Shown here piece after piece: positions 1 through 10,296 of a stretch of DNA of 64,000 bases (positions are counted from its first letter, which is position 1; each line of letters opens with the position of its first letter). The notes beneath the pieces are model-generated. The model was not told the DNA's origin. It saw only the letters and a program-made list of their open reading frames with translations, and searched no databases. The position numbers were made by a program, and so were the translations under genes. The stretch is from an uncultured Actinomycetes bacterium. Its GTDB lineage: Bacteria > Actinomycetota > Thermoleophilia > RBG-16-64-13. The DNA lies in assembly GCA_963809395.1 (NCBI GenBank), contig CAWEJM010000012.1, positions 110,367 through 174,366 of the forward strand. Direction: 5' to 3'.

Positions 1-45
1 CGGGGCGAGGGGCGATGAGGCCGGCGCGCATGCCGGCCGCGGCCG

Positions 46-2961
46 CTAGGGCGAACTCCCGAGTCTGTCGGAATAGCTCCTCCGCGGCCGCGGCATCGAG
101 CACGCGACAGCCCTTTGCCCCCGAGCCGAGGACTCCCTCCGCACCGGCCAGGACCACTCCCGAGCGCTTTGCCTCGGAGAGCGAAAGATAGGCGCCGCCG
201 ATGACTTCGGCGTCAGGTCGTTCCGCCGCCAATGCCATGAGATAGAGAGGGAGTTGGAGTCCCCGCTCCGTCCCGATGCCGGAGGCCGCGGGAACTGCGC
301 CGCTCTTGTAGTCGAGCACGAACAGCGCCGATCCCCGGGGGGCGCCATCAAGCGGTCGATGCGGTCGATGCGCCCTCGCAGGCGCAGCCCTCCGATGTCG
401 ACTCCCTCATGTCCGCCCACGCGCGACTCGGTCTCGGAGAACACCAAGCAAACCATCATCGGCGGCTTCCATGCGGAACAGGTTGCGGGCCAGCCTCTTG
501 AGCCGCCATCCGGCCAGGCGTTTCTCGGCCCTCGTGCCGGGGCATTCTTCGCCGTCCACAAGACCATCGATGATGGCGAACGCCACCCGCTCCGCCTCGG
601 TAACGCCTTCCGGCCGAAGCGGAAGAGCGCCCGCGCAGCTGAGTTCGCGGTAGGTGGCGCTGAGAGCACTGTGCAACAACTGTCCGAACACGCGACCATC
701 GAGTTCGCTGTCCACCTCCTCGATCCCCATCACCCGTTCCACGAACCAGGCGAACGGACAGGCTAGGTAGGCCTCCAACGACGAAGGGCTGAAGCTCTCG
801 GTGGCCATCAGTTCGGCGAGCACGGCCGGGTCGACAAGGCGCGCAGGCGGCGGGCGCCACGCCCGCCCCGAGGCCTTGGCCGAACCGAGCGCGACCTCCG
901 GATGTGGTGCGCATCCATTCGCGGCGCAGGCACGCAGGTAATGGCGCAACGAAGGGGCCGATCCCAGGTCGAAGACCAGATCGGCCAGAGTCCGTGCCCT
1001 CGTGCTCGGACGCGCTCACCCCGAGCAGTTCCTTGGACAGATGCCAGAAGTAGGAGGGCATGGCCTCTCCCCCGCCGTCATCGGCGTCGCGCGCGCTCAG
1101 GAAGAGCAGCTGCCACGCTCGAGAGACGGCGCTCGCGAACAACGCCCCCTCTTGCTCCGTCTCCGGCGGCCAAAGCCCTCCTCCTGCCAGCGGAGTCGAT
1201 ACGCGCCCGCTGGGCGCCGGTGAGCAGGGACGGCGTGTCCGGCCGCCCCGGGAACTCGCCCTCGACCAACCCCAGGATCACTACCACGCCAAAACGCCGG
1301 GCCCTCGCCCGCTCCACGCTGAGGATCTGCACCGCGTCGTCAGCCTCGGAGCGACTGCCCGGAACAGTGAGCCTAGCGAGCGCCCCCAGGACCGTCTCTG
1401 GATTCAGCCACTCGTCCGTGTCGCCGCCGGAAGTCAGGCCGTTCAGCGTCGAGAGCGCTCCGCCCAAGGCGCGAAACGCGCGGGCGTCTTCTTCAATCTC
1501 CCGGCTGCCAACGACCGCGCCCCGCAGACCGGCGATGACCAGGCGCCGGACCCAGCTCTCCAGAGCGGGCACGTCGAGACGCAGACCGCTCTCCCCGACG
1601 ACGATGGCTGCCCACAGCGGTTCGAGCCCCTCCACTTGCCGCAGTCCCCCGACCTCCGCCAGCGCGCGCGCCCCGCGGGCGGCGCCGCGCCGGTAGCTCA
1701 GCTCCAGGTCGCTCGCCGCCTCCAGCTCGAGACCGCTGTAGGGGCCGCGAAGATAGGCAAGGACAGCTTCTGCGTCGTCGAACACCACCCCCCTAAGAGC
1801 GCTGAGGAAGGCATTGCCCAATCCTGTCTGGGCGAGCGTGCGTCGGTCGTCGATGCGACAGGGGATGCCGCACGACTCGAACACCTGGGCGAGAAGACCG
1901 CTCCAGGCCTGAATACGACGAACGATGACGGCGATGTCGCCGGGGCGAAAACCCTCGCGTATGAGAGTGGCGATATGCTGGGCGGCAAGCTCGGCCTCGT
2001 TGCGCTGTCCGGAGGCGAGGAGGAAACGGACTCCTTGGGGGCCGGAGACCGCCGACGGAGGTTCGGGAAGAGGCGGATCGCTCAAGAAGTATCGCTCGAG
2101 GTGGGCGATGGCCGGAGAGGAATATGCCTGGATCTGGGCAGTGAGCTCCACCGTCTCGGTGGCGAGTGCCTGCCACCGCGCGACCTCGGAGGGTGTGCTC
2201 AAGTTGACCGGACGTGAGCGGTCGTACGGAAGCGTCACCAGCGCCTGCCCTTGACGCGACAGCGCCTCGATCAGCGCCCGTTGCCCCGGCGTGAAGGAGG
2301 TGAATCCGTAGAAGACCACCGGCCTCACCCAGCCCCCTGCATCCCGCGCGGCCTCGCGAGCGGCGTCTCGGACCGCCGCGGGGCCGTCGGTGAGACCCCA
2401 CTCGTCGCGCGCTATCGCGTAGGCTTCGTTGAGGCGCCGGATGTCGTCGGCCAAACCCGCCGCGCCCGGCTCCGACCGTACCCACCGGCTCAGGATCTCC
2501 TCGATCTCGCTCGCCGTCCTGCCGCTCTCGCCCAGTTGCCGCAGTAACGTCGCCAGCGCCGTCGCGGCACCCGGGAGGCGAGCCACCTTGTCCAACGACC
2601 GCAAGGGCGTCCGCGACAGCAGTCGCGACATGAGCAGGGCGCCCTCGAACTCGGTCAGGTGACGAGGAGGTCGCTTGAGGATCGCCTGCACCAGACCGTC
2701 GAAGGTGAGGGCGGGAGACTGCCCGACAAGAGCCCCGGCGCGACGGACCATCTCCATGGTCAGTTCCTCCGCGTCGGGACCGGTGGGCGCCACTACGACG
2801 GGTTTGAGAGGAAGCCTCGCCCGCCACCACTCGAGAGCGTAGCCCATCTTGCCCGCATTGGCGGGTCCGAGGACGAGAGTCAGTCCGGGCAGCTCGGGCT
2901 GAGTACCCTGCCCGGGCGCCGTACCGCTGGTCTGAGGAGATCTGCTCATATCAGGAGTCAT
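46..2961 (-). CDS. AddB/RexB-like helicase-nuclease subunit (PD-(D/E)XK nuclease family), interrupted by frame changes
   Basis: Minus-strand ORF fragments 1078-2961, 407-949 and 46-699 read as one protein. It has an N-terminal P-loop-like GPANAGKMG and a UvrD-like body. C-terminal nuclease motifs are LEAYLACPFAWFVERV and GRIDRIDR. The reverse complement of ~290-330 encodes ALFVLDYKSGAVP in a third frame. At least 2 frame changes. Confidence 0.75.
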
Positions 2962-3021
2962 TGTAGAGCCCCATCCGGACGGACGCTGACCGGCGAGGCG
3001 CTTGTGCGCTAGTCTTACCGC

Positions 3022-5147
3022 ATGAGCCGCGACGAGGACAAGCTTATCCGCCAGCTTTCACTCCTTTCCTTTCTCCTCAGTCAGGCGCGCCCGTTCACGG
3101 CGCGCGAGGTACAGGAGTCTGTGGAGGGATACTCAGAGATGAGCGACGACACGTTCGCACGTCGCTTTCATGGCGATAGGGCCGACCTGGCCAAGATCGG
3201 TATCGAGATCAAGAGCCTGGGCGACGTCGAGAGGGCCGAGTCGCAGGTCTATCTCCTGCCCGAGGAGGACTACCGCCTCCCCATCGTGGAGTTCACCCCG
3301 GCCGAACTGCGCGCCCTGGCTTTGGCCCTGGCCGCATTGGACGGCCGCTTCGCCTACGCCCGGCCCTTGCGGCTGGCGCTGACCGCGATCTCCCAGGGAC
3401 GACCGGACCCGGTGCATGACGAACTGGAACAGTTGCCGGTGGTTCTCGCCCCCGATGAGGATGCCCAGCGGGCCGGCAAGCAACTGGCCCGCTTGGAGGA
3501 CGCCGTGACCCGCGGCAAGACGGTCTGCTTCCTCTATCCATCCACCAGCGGGAGTCCCGAAGAGCGTACGCTCGACCCTTACAGCCTGTTCCTAATCCAG
3601 GGGCGCTGGTACGTGGTGGGGTCCGACCACAGTCGCCGAGCTATCCGCACGTTCCGGGTGGGCAGGATCCAGGGAACGGTGCGGTTCCTCACGGAGAAGA
3701 CACGCGACTTCTCGATTCCCGCGGATTACCGTCCGGGAGAGTATCGGGCCCGTCCCCCTTGGCTCATCGGCCCGGTGCAGGGAACGGCTACCATCAAAGT
3801 GAGTGACGACCTTGCCTGGTGGGTCACCCGGCTGGAGCCGCACGTGACGCGGCTTGGTGACGACGGTGATGGCTGCACCCGATTCTCCGTCGCTTATGCG
3901 GACGAGCAGGTGCTCCTCTCCTGGGTGGTCGGATTGGGCGGGTGCGGCGAGTTGTTGGAACCGCCGAGGCTACGCGAACGATTGCGGCACGACCTGCAGG
4001 AAGTGTGCCGGGCCCACGAAGGGACCGTGGTCGGCGACGGGGCGGCACCCGACGGCGGCGGCGCGTACGGCCGCGGGGCGGCGGCGGCCGGCCGCCCCGC
4101 CCGCTCTCGCCCGCCGGAGCGACGTCAAGGCAAGTCCGACCCCATCGCTCCCGAGCATCTCGCTCGGGCAATAGCCCTTCTCCACTACCTGGTGGACGAG
4201 CAGGGGCCGGAACTGGTCACATGGCGGTCACTTGAAGACGATCTGGGGCTTACGCGCGCGGAGGTCGAGACCGACCTCGCCTTGATCAACCTGGTCAACT
4301 TCGGCGGGGGCACGTATGCACTGACCGCGGAGACCGGCGATGAAGGGGTCCACGTGGTCCGGGACGTCATGGCCGACACCTTCGCTCACCCGGCGCGTCT
4401 GTCACCAGTCATGGCCCGCGCGCTCTTGCTGGCTCTCGATCTTTTGGGCGATGCGGTCGCGTTGGACGGCATGGAGTCCCTCACTTCGGTGCGAGAGAAG
4501 GTCTGCGCCCTGGTCGGGTCCGATGCCGAAAGAACCGCCATCATCGTCGATGACGTGCTCCCGCCTGATCACGAGATCGTCGAAGCGCTGAATCGCGCCA
4601 TCCGCGACGGCCGGATCGTCACGATCGAGTATTTCACCTCCTCCCGGCAGGAACTCAGCGAAAGACAGGTAGAGCCTTACCTGCTTTTCCGCTCTCGGGA
4701 TGGGTGGTATTTGGAAGCCCACTGCCTCAAGGCCGGTGGGCAGCGGACCTTCAAGCTGGAGCGCATCCGAAGCGCTCGTCCCACCGGTGCGGGCTTCCTC
4801 CGGCGCCCTGAGATAGATCTGACCCTGCGCCAGACAGGCCAGGCGTTCTCACCTTCCCAGGTTGCCACCTGGGCGACCATGCGCTTTCATCCCCGCTGGC
4901 GGACGTATCTCGAAGAGCGCGGGATAGACTGCGAACTTGCCCCTGACGGCTCGTTGAAGGTCCAGATGCCCTACCTGGACGAACGCTGGATGGCCCGCGA
5001 GACCACCCGCTACCTCGGGGACGCGGCACTTGAACACCCGGCCTCGGCTCGGCAGTTGGTCGGAGAGTTCGCCGGCGCGCTCGCCGTCCGCTATGGAGCC
5101 GGTCTCCGACCCGATCCGCGACCGGTCGTGCCGGAGGCGAGGCGTGA
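3022..5147 (+). CDS. Fused PafB-PafC-like transcriptional regulator (two HTH-WYL modules in one polypeptide)
   Basis: The 799-aa ORF has two tandem HTH + WYL-type halves (DKLIRQLSLLSFLLS... and PEHLARAIALLHYLVDE...) joined by a Gly/Ala/Arg-rich linker. The ORF tail after ~5100 reads through the next gene. A TGA at 5145-5147 forms a GTGA overlap with the downstream start, which suggests the true stop lies there after one indel. Confidence 0.7.
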
Positions 5148-5599
5148 AGTCCTGGTTGCGCTGGACGGCGGACGCGCTCGCTCTCTTCCTGGCCCTCTAC
5201 CTCCTGGATTCGGTGGCAAAAGGCAGATTCCAGGTACGAGCGGTGTGGGTAACAGTGATACTGGCGCTGCTCTTGGGCCTGCTCAACAGTTTTGTGCGCC
5301 CTCTGCGCCGGATACGGAGCAAGCCATTCGTCGCCCTCGCGACGATCGTGATGACGGTGTTGGTGAACGCGCTCATACTCCAGATCTTCATCTGGGCCGG
5401 AGCACCACTGACTGCGAGTAGCTTCGTGTGGATCTTGGTGGCCGCGGCGTTTGTGGCGCTTCTGACCGGAGTGATCAACTGGCTCGTCGGCTTCAATCGC
5501 AAAGAGAAGGTGCGGCCGCCGCGGCCGGCCACGCGCCAGAGGACGGAAACGGCTCGCCGGCGCAAGCCGGCAACGAGGGCGCCCCGAACTCGGACCTAG
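5144..5599 (+). CDS. DUF360/YvlD-type membrane protein (annotated in databases as phage holin family 4_2)
   Basis: GTG at 5144 is preceded by GGAGGCGAGG. Hydrophobic helices include the LLGLLNSFVRPL motif typical of PF04020. The C-terminal tail is basic. An alternative ATG start lies at 5093. Confidence 0.6.
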   Translation: MKSWLRWTADALALFLALYLLDSVAKGRFQVRAVWVTVILALLLGLLNSFVRPLRRIRSKPFVALATIVMTVLVNALILQIFIWAGAPLTASSFVWILVAAAFVALLTGVINWLVGFNRKEKVRPPRPATRQRTETARRRKPATRAPRTRT

Positions 5600-5615
5600 G
5601 TGGCCCGCGCCGCTG

Positions 5616-6704
5616 CTATTCGACCACCGGCATTTCGTGACCGTGCGACTGCACCAGCAGCCGGAAATCGTGGGGACTGCTTGCCATCACCTGCGCGTCG
5701 GCGAGGGTGACCAGACCCCGTTCGTACAGTCCGAGCAGACTCTGATCGAACGTTTGCATGCCGTAGAAGTCTCCTTCTTGGACGGCCGTGAAGATATTGT
5801 GGGTCTGCGAGGGATCGAGGATGAGATCGCGGATACGCCCGGTCATGACCATGACCTCCACGGCCGGGACCCGGCCCTTTCCGTCGGCCCGCACCAGCAG
5901 ACGCTGGGAGATGATGCCCCGTAGCGAGCCTGCCAGCATGATCCGCACCTGTTTCTGCTGGTAGAGAGGAAAGAAGTCGATGATGCGGTTCACCGTCTCC
6001 GCCACATCGATGGTGTGGAGGGTGCTCATGACGAAGTGACCGGTCTGCGCCGCGGTCAGGGCCGTGCGCACCGTCTCCTGGTCGCGCATCTCTCCGATCA
6101 GGATAATGTCCGGGTCTTGGCGCAGCACGTACTTGAGCGCCGTGCCGTAGTTCTCGGTGTCGAGCCCCACCTCGCGCTGATTGACGATGCACTTACGATC
6201 CTGGTGCAGGATCTCGATGGGATCCTCGATCGTGACGATGTGCCTGCGGAGGTTGTTGTTGATGTGATCGATCATGGCGGCCAGAGTGGTGGTCTTGCCC
6301 GAACCGGTAGTCCCGGTCACCAGCACCATCCCCCGCGGTTCGAGGGCCAGCTTCTGCACCACCGGGGGCAGGTTCAGCTCGGCGAAACTGGGCACCGTGG
6401 TAACTACCTGCCGCAAGGCGATGGAGATGGACCCCCGCTGCCGATAGACGTTGATGCGGAAGCGGCCCACGTTCGGCGCGCTGTAGGCGAAGTCGATCTC
6501 GTTGGTCTCGCTAAAGCGCCGTATCTGCTTCTCGCTCATGAGCGAGGCGGCGTAGTCCTTGGTGTCCTCGGGCGAGCACATCGGCTCGTCCAATTCGGTC
6601 AGTTCTCCGTCCACCCGGATTATCGGAGGACTGCCCACCTTCAGATGGAGGTCGGAAGCGCCGGCCTCGACTACCTTGCGAAGTAGCTCATCTACGCTCT
6701 TCAT
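5616..6704 (-). CDS. pilT: Type IV pilus twitching-motility ATPase PilT
   Basis: Intact 362-aa ORF. It has the N-terminal ASDLHL motif, Walker A GTTGSGKTTT, and Asp/His boxes (IILIGEMRD, TGHFVMSTLHT). Confidence 0.9.
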   Translation of the reverse strand: MKSVDELLRKVVEAGASDLHLKVGSPPIIRVDGELTELDEPMCSPEDTKDYAASLMSEKQIRRFSETNEIDFAYSAPNVGRFRINVYRQRGSISIALRQVVTTVPSFAELNLPPVVQKLALEPRGMVLVTGTTGSGKTTTLAAMIDHINNNLRRHIVTIEDPIEILHQDRKCIVNQREVGLDTENYGTALKYVLRQDPDIILIGEMRDQETVRTALTAAQTGHFVMSTLHTIDVAETVNRIIDFFPLYQQKQVRIMLAGSLRGIISQRLLVRADGKGRVPAVEVMVMTGRIRDLILDPSQTHNIFTAVQEGDFYGMQTFDQSLLGLYERGLVTLADAQVMASSPHDFRLLVQSHGHEMPVVE

Positions 6705-6716
6705 GGACCCCTCCAG

Positions 6717-7739
6717 CTAGAACACATTCCCCCAGTAGGGACTGACTTCCTCCATCGCTTCTCGTACGTCGGCGCGCTCGGCATCGGACACCACTCGCTC
6801 GAAGGGCGGAGTCTCGCCGCCCAGCCCTTTCAGGGTGGCGGCAATGGAAGCCGCCAGCATGCTCGGGACATAGCCACCTTCGAGGAAGCACAGCGGTCCG
6901 GCGGCGCCCACCTCCAGACTGAGCGCCAGCAGACGCGCCGCCATCCACTGGAAGGCGGCGCCGGAAAAGCGGAGGTCGCCCAGGGGGTCTCCCTCCTGAG
7001 CATCGTATCCGGCGGAGACGAGCACGAGCTGCGGCTCGAAGACCCGGGCCAGCGGCGCAAGGAGTGACTCGAAGGCCATGAAGACCGCTCCGTCTGACGC
7101 TCCAGCGTGCAGGGGCACGTTGACCGTGTAGCCGGCCCCATCGCCGCTTCCGACTTCTGTGACCGCTCCGGTGCCGGGGTAGTGGCCCCCTTCATGGATG
7201 CTGAAGAAGAGCACCCGGGGATCGTCGTAGAAGGCGGCTTGAGTCCCGTTGCCGTGGTGCACGTCCCAGTCGACGATGAGCACCCGCTCCAGCCCCCGTT
7301 CCTCGAGAGCATGGGTTGCGGCCACGGCTATGTTGTTGAAGAGGCAAAAACCCATGCCCCGCGAGTGGCAGGCATGGTGACCCGGAGGCCGGACAAGCAT
7401 GAACGCGAGCTGCCCGGAGGACAGGCACCGGTCGACCGCCATCAATCCCGAACCGGCAGCCAGTAGAGCGGCCTCGTAGGAGTGGGGCGACACGGCGGTG
7501 TCCCAATCCAGCCAGCCTCCTCCGCTCTCTGCCGTCTCGCGAACAGTGCGTATGTAGGCCGGGTCGTGCACCCGCGCGATCGCCGCCACCGGCGCCGGAT
7601 CAGGCGTGACCCATTCCAGTTCGAGGCCGCTGTCAAGAAGAATCTGCCTGGTCGCGACGAGGCGTTCCCTATTCTCGGGATGCTCGCCCGTCTCGTGCTT
7701 GAGAAACATCGGATGGTAGTAGACGGCGGGAATGCCCAT
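6717..7739 (-). CDS. Histone deacetylase-family (class II HDAC/AcuC-like) deacetylase
   Basis: Intact 340-aa ORF. Motifs RPPGHHA, DWDVHHGNGTQ and SAGYDA are typical of the arginase/deacetylase fold. Confidence 0.85.
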   Translation of the reverse strand: MGIPAVYYHPMFLKHETGEHPENRERLVATRQILLDSGLELEWVTPDPAPVAAIARVHDPAYIRTVRETAESGGGWLDWDTAVSPHSYEAALLAAGSGLMAVDRCLSSGQLAFMLVRPPGHHACHSRGMGFCLFNNIAVAATHALEERGLERVLIVDWDVHHGNGTQAAFYDDPRVLFFSIHEGGHYPGTGAVTEVGSGDGAGYTVNVPLHAGASDGAVFMAFESLLAPLARVFEPQLVLVSAGYDAQEGDPLGDLRFSGAAFQWMAARLLALSLEVGAAGPLCFLEGGYVPSMLAASIAATLKGLGGETPPFERVVSDAERADVREAMEEVSPYWGNVF

Positions 7740-7751
7740 GCGAGGCCGTAC

Positions 7752-8981
7752 CTAGAGGATGATGCGGCAGGCGCCGTAGTAGCTGCTGCTCGTCGACATT
7801 GTCGATGCGGACGCCCTTGCCCACGCCCGCGGCGTTGATCATCTTCCCGTCCCCGATGTAGATGCCCACGTGATGGATGGGATTGTCAGAAGAACACCAG
7901 GTCACCCGGCTGCAGGTCGCTTCGCGACACCGCCTTCCCGCACCCCATACTGCATGCGGCTGGAGTGCGGCAGGCTGACGCCCAGCTTCGCGTATACGTA
8001 CATGACAAAGCCCGAGCAGTCAAAACCGCTTGGACTGGCGCCGGCCCAAACGTAGGGGCTGCCCAGATACTTCAGGGCTATGGTCACCACTTCGCTACTG
8101 TTGGCCGAGTCCGGCACGGAGACGCTCACACTGCTCGAACCGCCCGGAACCCTCGAACTGGTCGCTGCGCTCGCTGCCTTGGCCTTCTTTGCCGCCGCGG
8201 CGGCGACCGCGGCCTTGCGGGCCGCCTCTTCAGCCGCCGCCTTGGCCGCCGCGGCCAGCTTCGCCTGCCGCGCCGCCTCTTCCTTCTGAAGTTGAGCGAT
8301 CTGCACTTCCTTGCCGGCCAGGGCTTCCTTGTTGGCGGCGAGCCGCTCCTCTACCTTCTTCTTTGCCAATTTGGCGTCGGCGGTCAGCTTCTTCTCTTCT
8401 TCGAGCTGCGCGGCCAGTTCGGCCTTGCGCTCCGACACCTGGTCCCGATAGGCCTGCACCTGCGCAACCATCTCGCTGTCCTGGGCACTCAGGCGCTCCA
8501 GCAGGTCGAGACGGTTGATGAGGTCGGAGAACGAGGTCGCGCCCGACAGCGTGTCCAGCATGCCCAAATGGCCCTGCTTGTATATCTCTATGATCCGGTC
8601 GGTCAGCTGGGCGCGCATGACCTCGAGATCGGCCTCGCTCTCGGTGAGCTTGGCCTGTGTCTTCTTGGCGGCGGCGCTGGTCTGGGCCAGTTTCGCTTGA
8701 GCGTAGTTGTAGTCCTCGACGGCGGCGTCCATCTGCTCGCCGAGATCGTCGATGCGCGCCTGCAGGGCCTCTGCCTCACTCTTGGCCTCGGTGATGGCGG
8801 CCGGCTCGGCCCACGCGACAGTGGTGCCCACCAAGGCGATAACCGTGAGAACGAGGAGAGTTGAGATGAGACGCCGCCCGATGCCGCCTGACGTGCCGGT
8901 GTTGATCGGAGCCTCCCTGATAGCTTGCGGGGCCTGAGCTGCTATATGCGGCTCGTCTCGAAGTTCCACGCACTCTAGCAT
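7752..8981 (-). CDS. NlpC/P60 (C40) peptidoglycan endopeptidase with N-terminal coiled coil and Ala/Lys-rich linker, frame-shifted
   Basis: ORF 7902-8981 has a TM/signal segment, a long coiled coil, and then GSPYVWAGASPSGFDCSGFV (the catalytic Cys motif). It continues in ORF 7669-7905 (HHVGIYIGDGKMINA). The last codons (SSSYYGACRIIL*) are in a third frame and end at 7752. The true start may be downstream of 8981. Confidence 0.8.
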
Positions 8982-9059
8982 TTTCCTGGTCCGGAGCCAA
9001 CCGCAGGGGGCCGCTCAGGCGGACTGTCAGCCGCCCCGGCGCCCGGTGCGACTCACTCC

Positions 9060-10127
9060 CTAAAGACGTGCTAGGTAAGCCTCGATGCCATGCAGGATGG
9101 CGGCTGCTTCGCGCGCGATCACCTCGGGATCAGCGAGCAACGGGCCCTCCTCAGGGTGGCTCAGGAAGCCCGGCTCGACCATGACCGACAGAGGCTTCAC
9201 CTCGCGCAAGCAGGCGAAGTTACGGCCATGTTTCCGCAGGTCCACCCGGCCCAGATCCCGGTTCAGCGCGTCCACGATGTACCCCGCGAGGCGTTTCCCG
9301 GCCCTGGAGTGATACATAGGATTGGCGAAATAGTACGCAGCCGCTCCGCGAGCCAGGGGACTGGGACTGAAGCTGTGATGTAGACACACGTGGATGTCCG
9401 GCTCCCAAGCGTTCGCGGCCTCAGTCCGCTCGTACAGGGGAAGCGCCGCGTCTTCATCGCGCACCAGATAGACGAGGGCCCCTGAGCTCTCGAGAAGCTG
9501 GGCCAACCGCCGCCCCAAGGCGAGGTTGAGATCCTTCTCTACCAGACCACCCATCTCCGGAGAACCCCGCTCCGGGCCGCCATGGGCGGGATCGATGCTC
9601 ACCCGCAGTCCCGGGAGGGAACGTCGCCCCACGTAACCGTCCATCCGGTCGGGGATGCCTCCCACGTGGCCATCAGGGTTCACCTGGCGAAGGCGGCGGA
9701 GCCGATCGAGGGTGGTCTCCCCCACGATGCCGTCGACGTTGAGCCCCGCGTTCCGCTGGAACTCGGTCACCGCGACCTCCAGCGCCGGAGAGAAGATGCC
9801 ATCCACCGGACCACAGTCGAAGCCCAGCTCGTCGAGCCTGCGCTGCAGATAGAGCACATCGTCGCCCCGCATGTAGGGCACCCGCAGGTACAGCAGGCGC
9901 TCACCCGCTTCGTACCCCGCCTCCACGAGCTCCGTCCAGGTGTTGTCCTCGACCACGCCGTCGGCCAAGAGCAGGCGGCGCTGCTGGAACGCGCGTATCG
10001 CGCTCTCGGTGTGGGGACCGAATAGGCCATCGGCGCCTTCGCGGCCGAGGAAATAGTCCAGAGCCGCCAGACGCGTCTGGATGTCCACCACCTGCTTGCC
10101 TCTATCTCCTCTGCCGACCGGACGCAT
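9060..10127 (-). CDS. N-acetylmuramoyl-L-alanine amidase (Amidase_3) with two PG_binding_1 domains
   Basis: Two repeats of the peptidoglycan-binding pattern are present (VVDIQTRLAALDYF...DGLFGPHTESAIRAFQ; VLYLQRRLDELGF...DGIFSPALEVAVTEFQ). They are followed by an amidase core (VSIDPAHGG...HVCLHHS). The start is taken at MRPVGRG. Confidence 0.8.
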   Translation of the reverse strand: MRPVGRGDRGKQVVDIQTRLAALDYFLGREGADGLFGPHTESAIRAFQQRRLLLADGVVEDNTWTELVEAGYEAGERLLYLRVPYMRGDDVLYLQRRLDELGFDCGPVDGIFSPALEVAVTEFQRNAGLNVDGIVGETTLDRLRRLRQVNPDGHVGGIPDRMDGYVGRRSLPGLRVSIDPAHGGPERGSPEMGGLVEKDLNLALGRRLAQLLESSGALVYLVRDEDAALPLYERTEAANAWEPDIHVCLHHSFSPSPLARGAAAYYFANPMYHSRAGKRLAGYIVDALNRDLGRVDLRKHGRNFACLREVKPLSVMVEPGFLSHPEEGPLLADPEVIAREAAAILHGIEAYLARL

Positions 10128-10263
10128 AGCTCCTGGAGGCCTCCACTGACAGTGATTTCTCGGATCTCCTGACCTGGGCGGCGCGACCGTCGCCCGCCCG
10201 CAGGTTCGGCTATTATACTCGCAGGCATCACCCCCAAGGACACAGCAGGGCGCGCACAATACA

Positions 10264-10293
10264 AGGCCGCGGCGGCTCCTGTTGCCGCGGCCT
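10264..10293 (-). terminator. Putative intrinsic terminator downstream of the MidA-like gene
   Basis: Perfect 10-bp stem AGGCCGCGGC / GCCGCGGCCT with a 10-nt loop. On the minus-strand transcript it is followed by UUGUAUUGUG. Confidence 0.5.
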
Positions 10294-10296
10294 CTC

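Noticed and set aside
1-45. Possible start of a downstream AddA/helicase gene (reverse complement reads ATGCGCGCCGGCCTCATCGCC from position 29).
   Set aside because: Fewer than 10 codons are visible inside the window. There is no basis for a call.
1060-2217. Long ORFs antisense to recognised genes throughout the track (e.g. 1060-2217 +, 24265-25791 +, 51191-53038 -, 61634-62935 +, 58457-59554 +).
   Set aside because: They lie opposite confidently identified genes (AddB-like, lepA, acs, rpsA, uvrB). Their Arg/Ala/Gly/Pro-rich, low-information translations are typical of stop-poor off-frames in high-GC DNA. No family signatures were seen.
8140-8290. GC-rich quasi-repetitive DNA (gcc/gcg/aag repeats) here and at 36090-36200, considered as a tandem-repeat or VNTR element.
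   Set aside because: It is the coding sequence of Ala/Lys-rich linkers inside the two hydrolase genes. The repeats are imperfect and codon-phased, so this is low-complexity protein sequence and not a non-coding repeat array.
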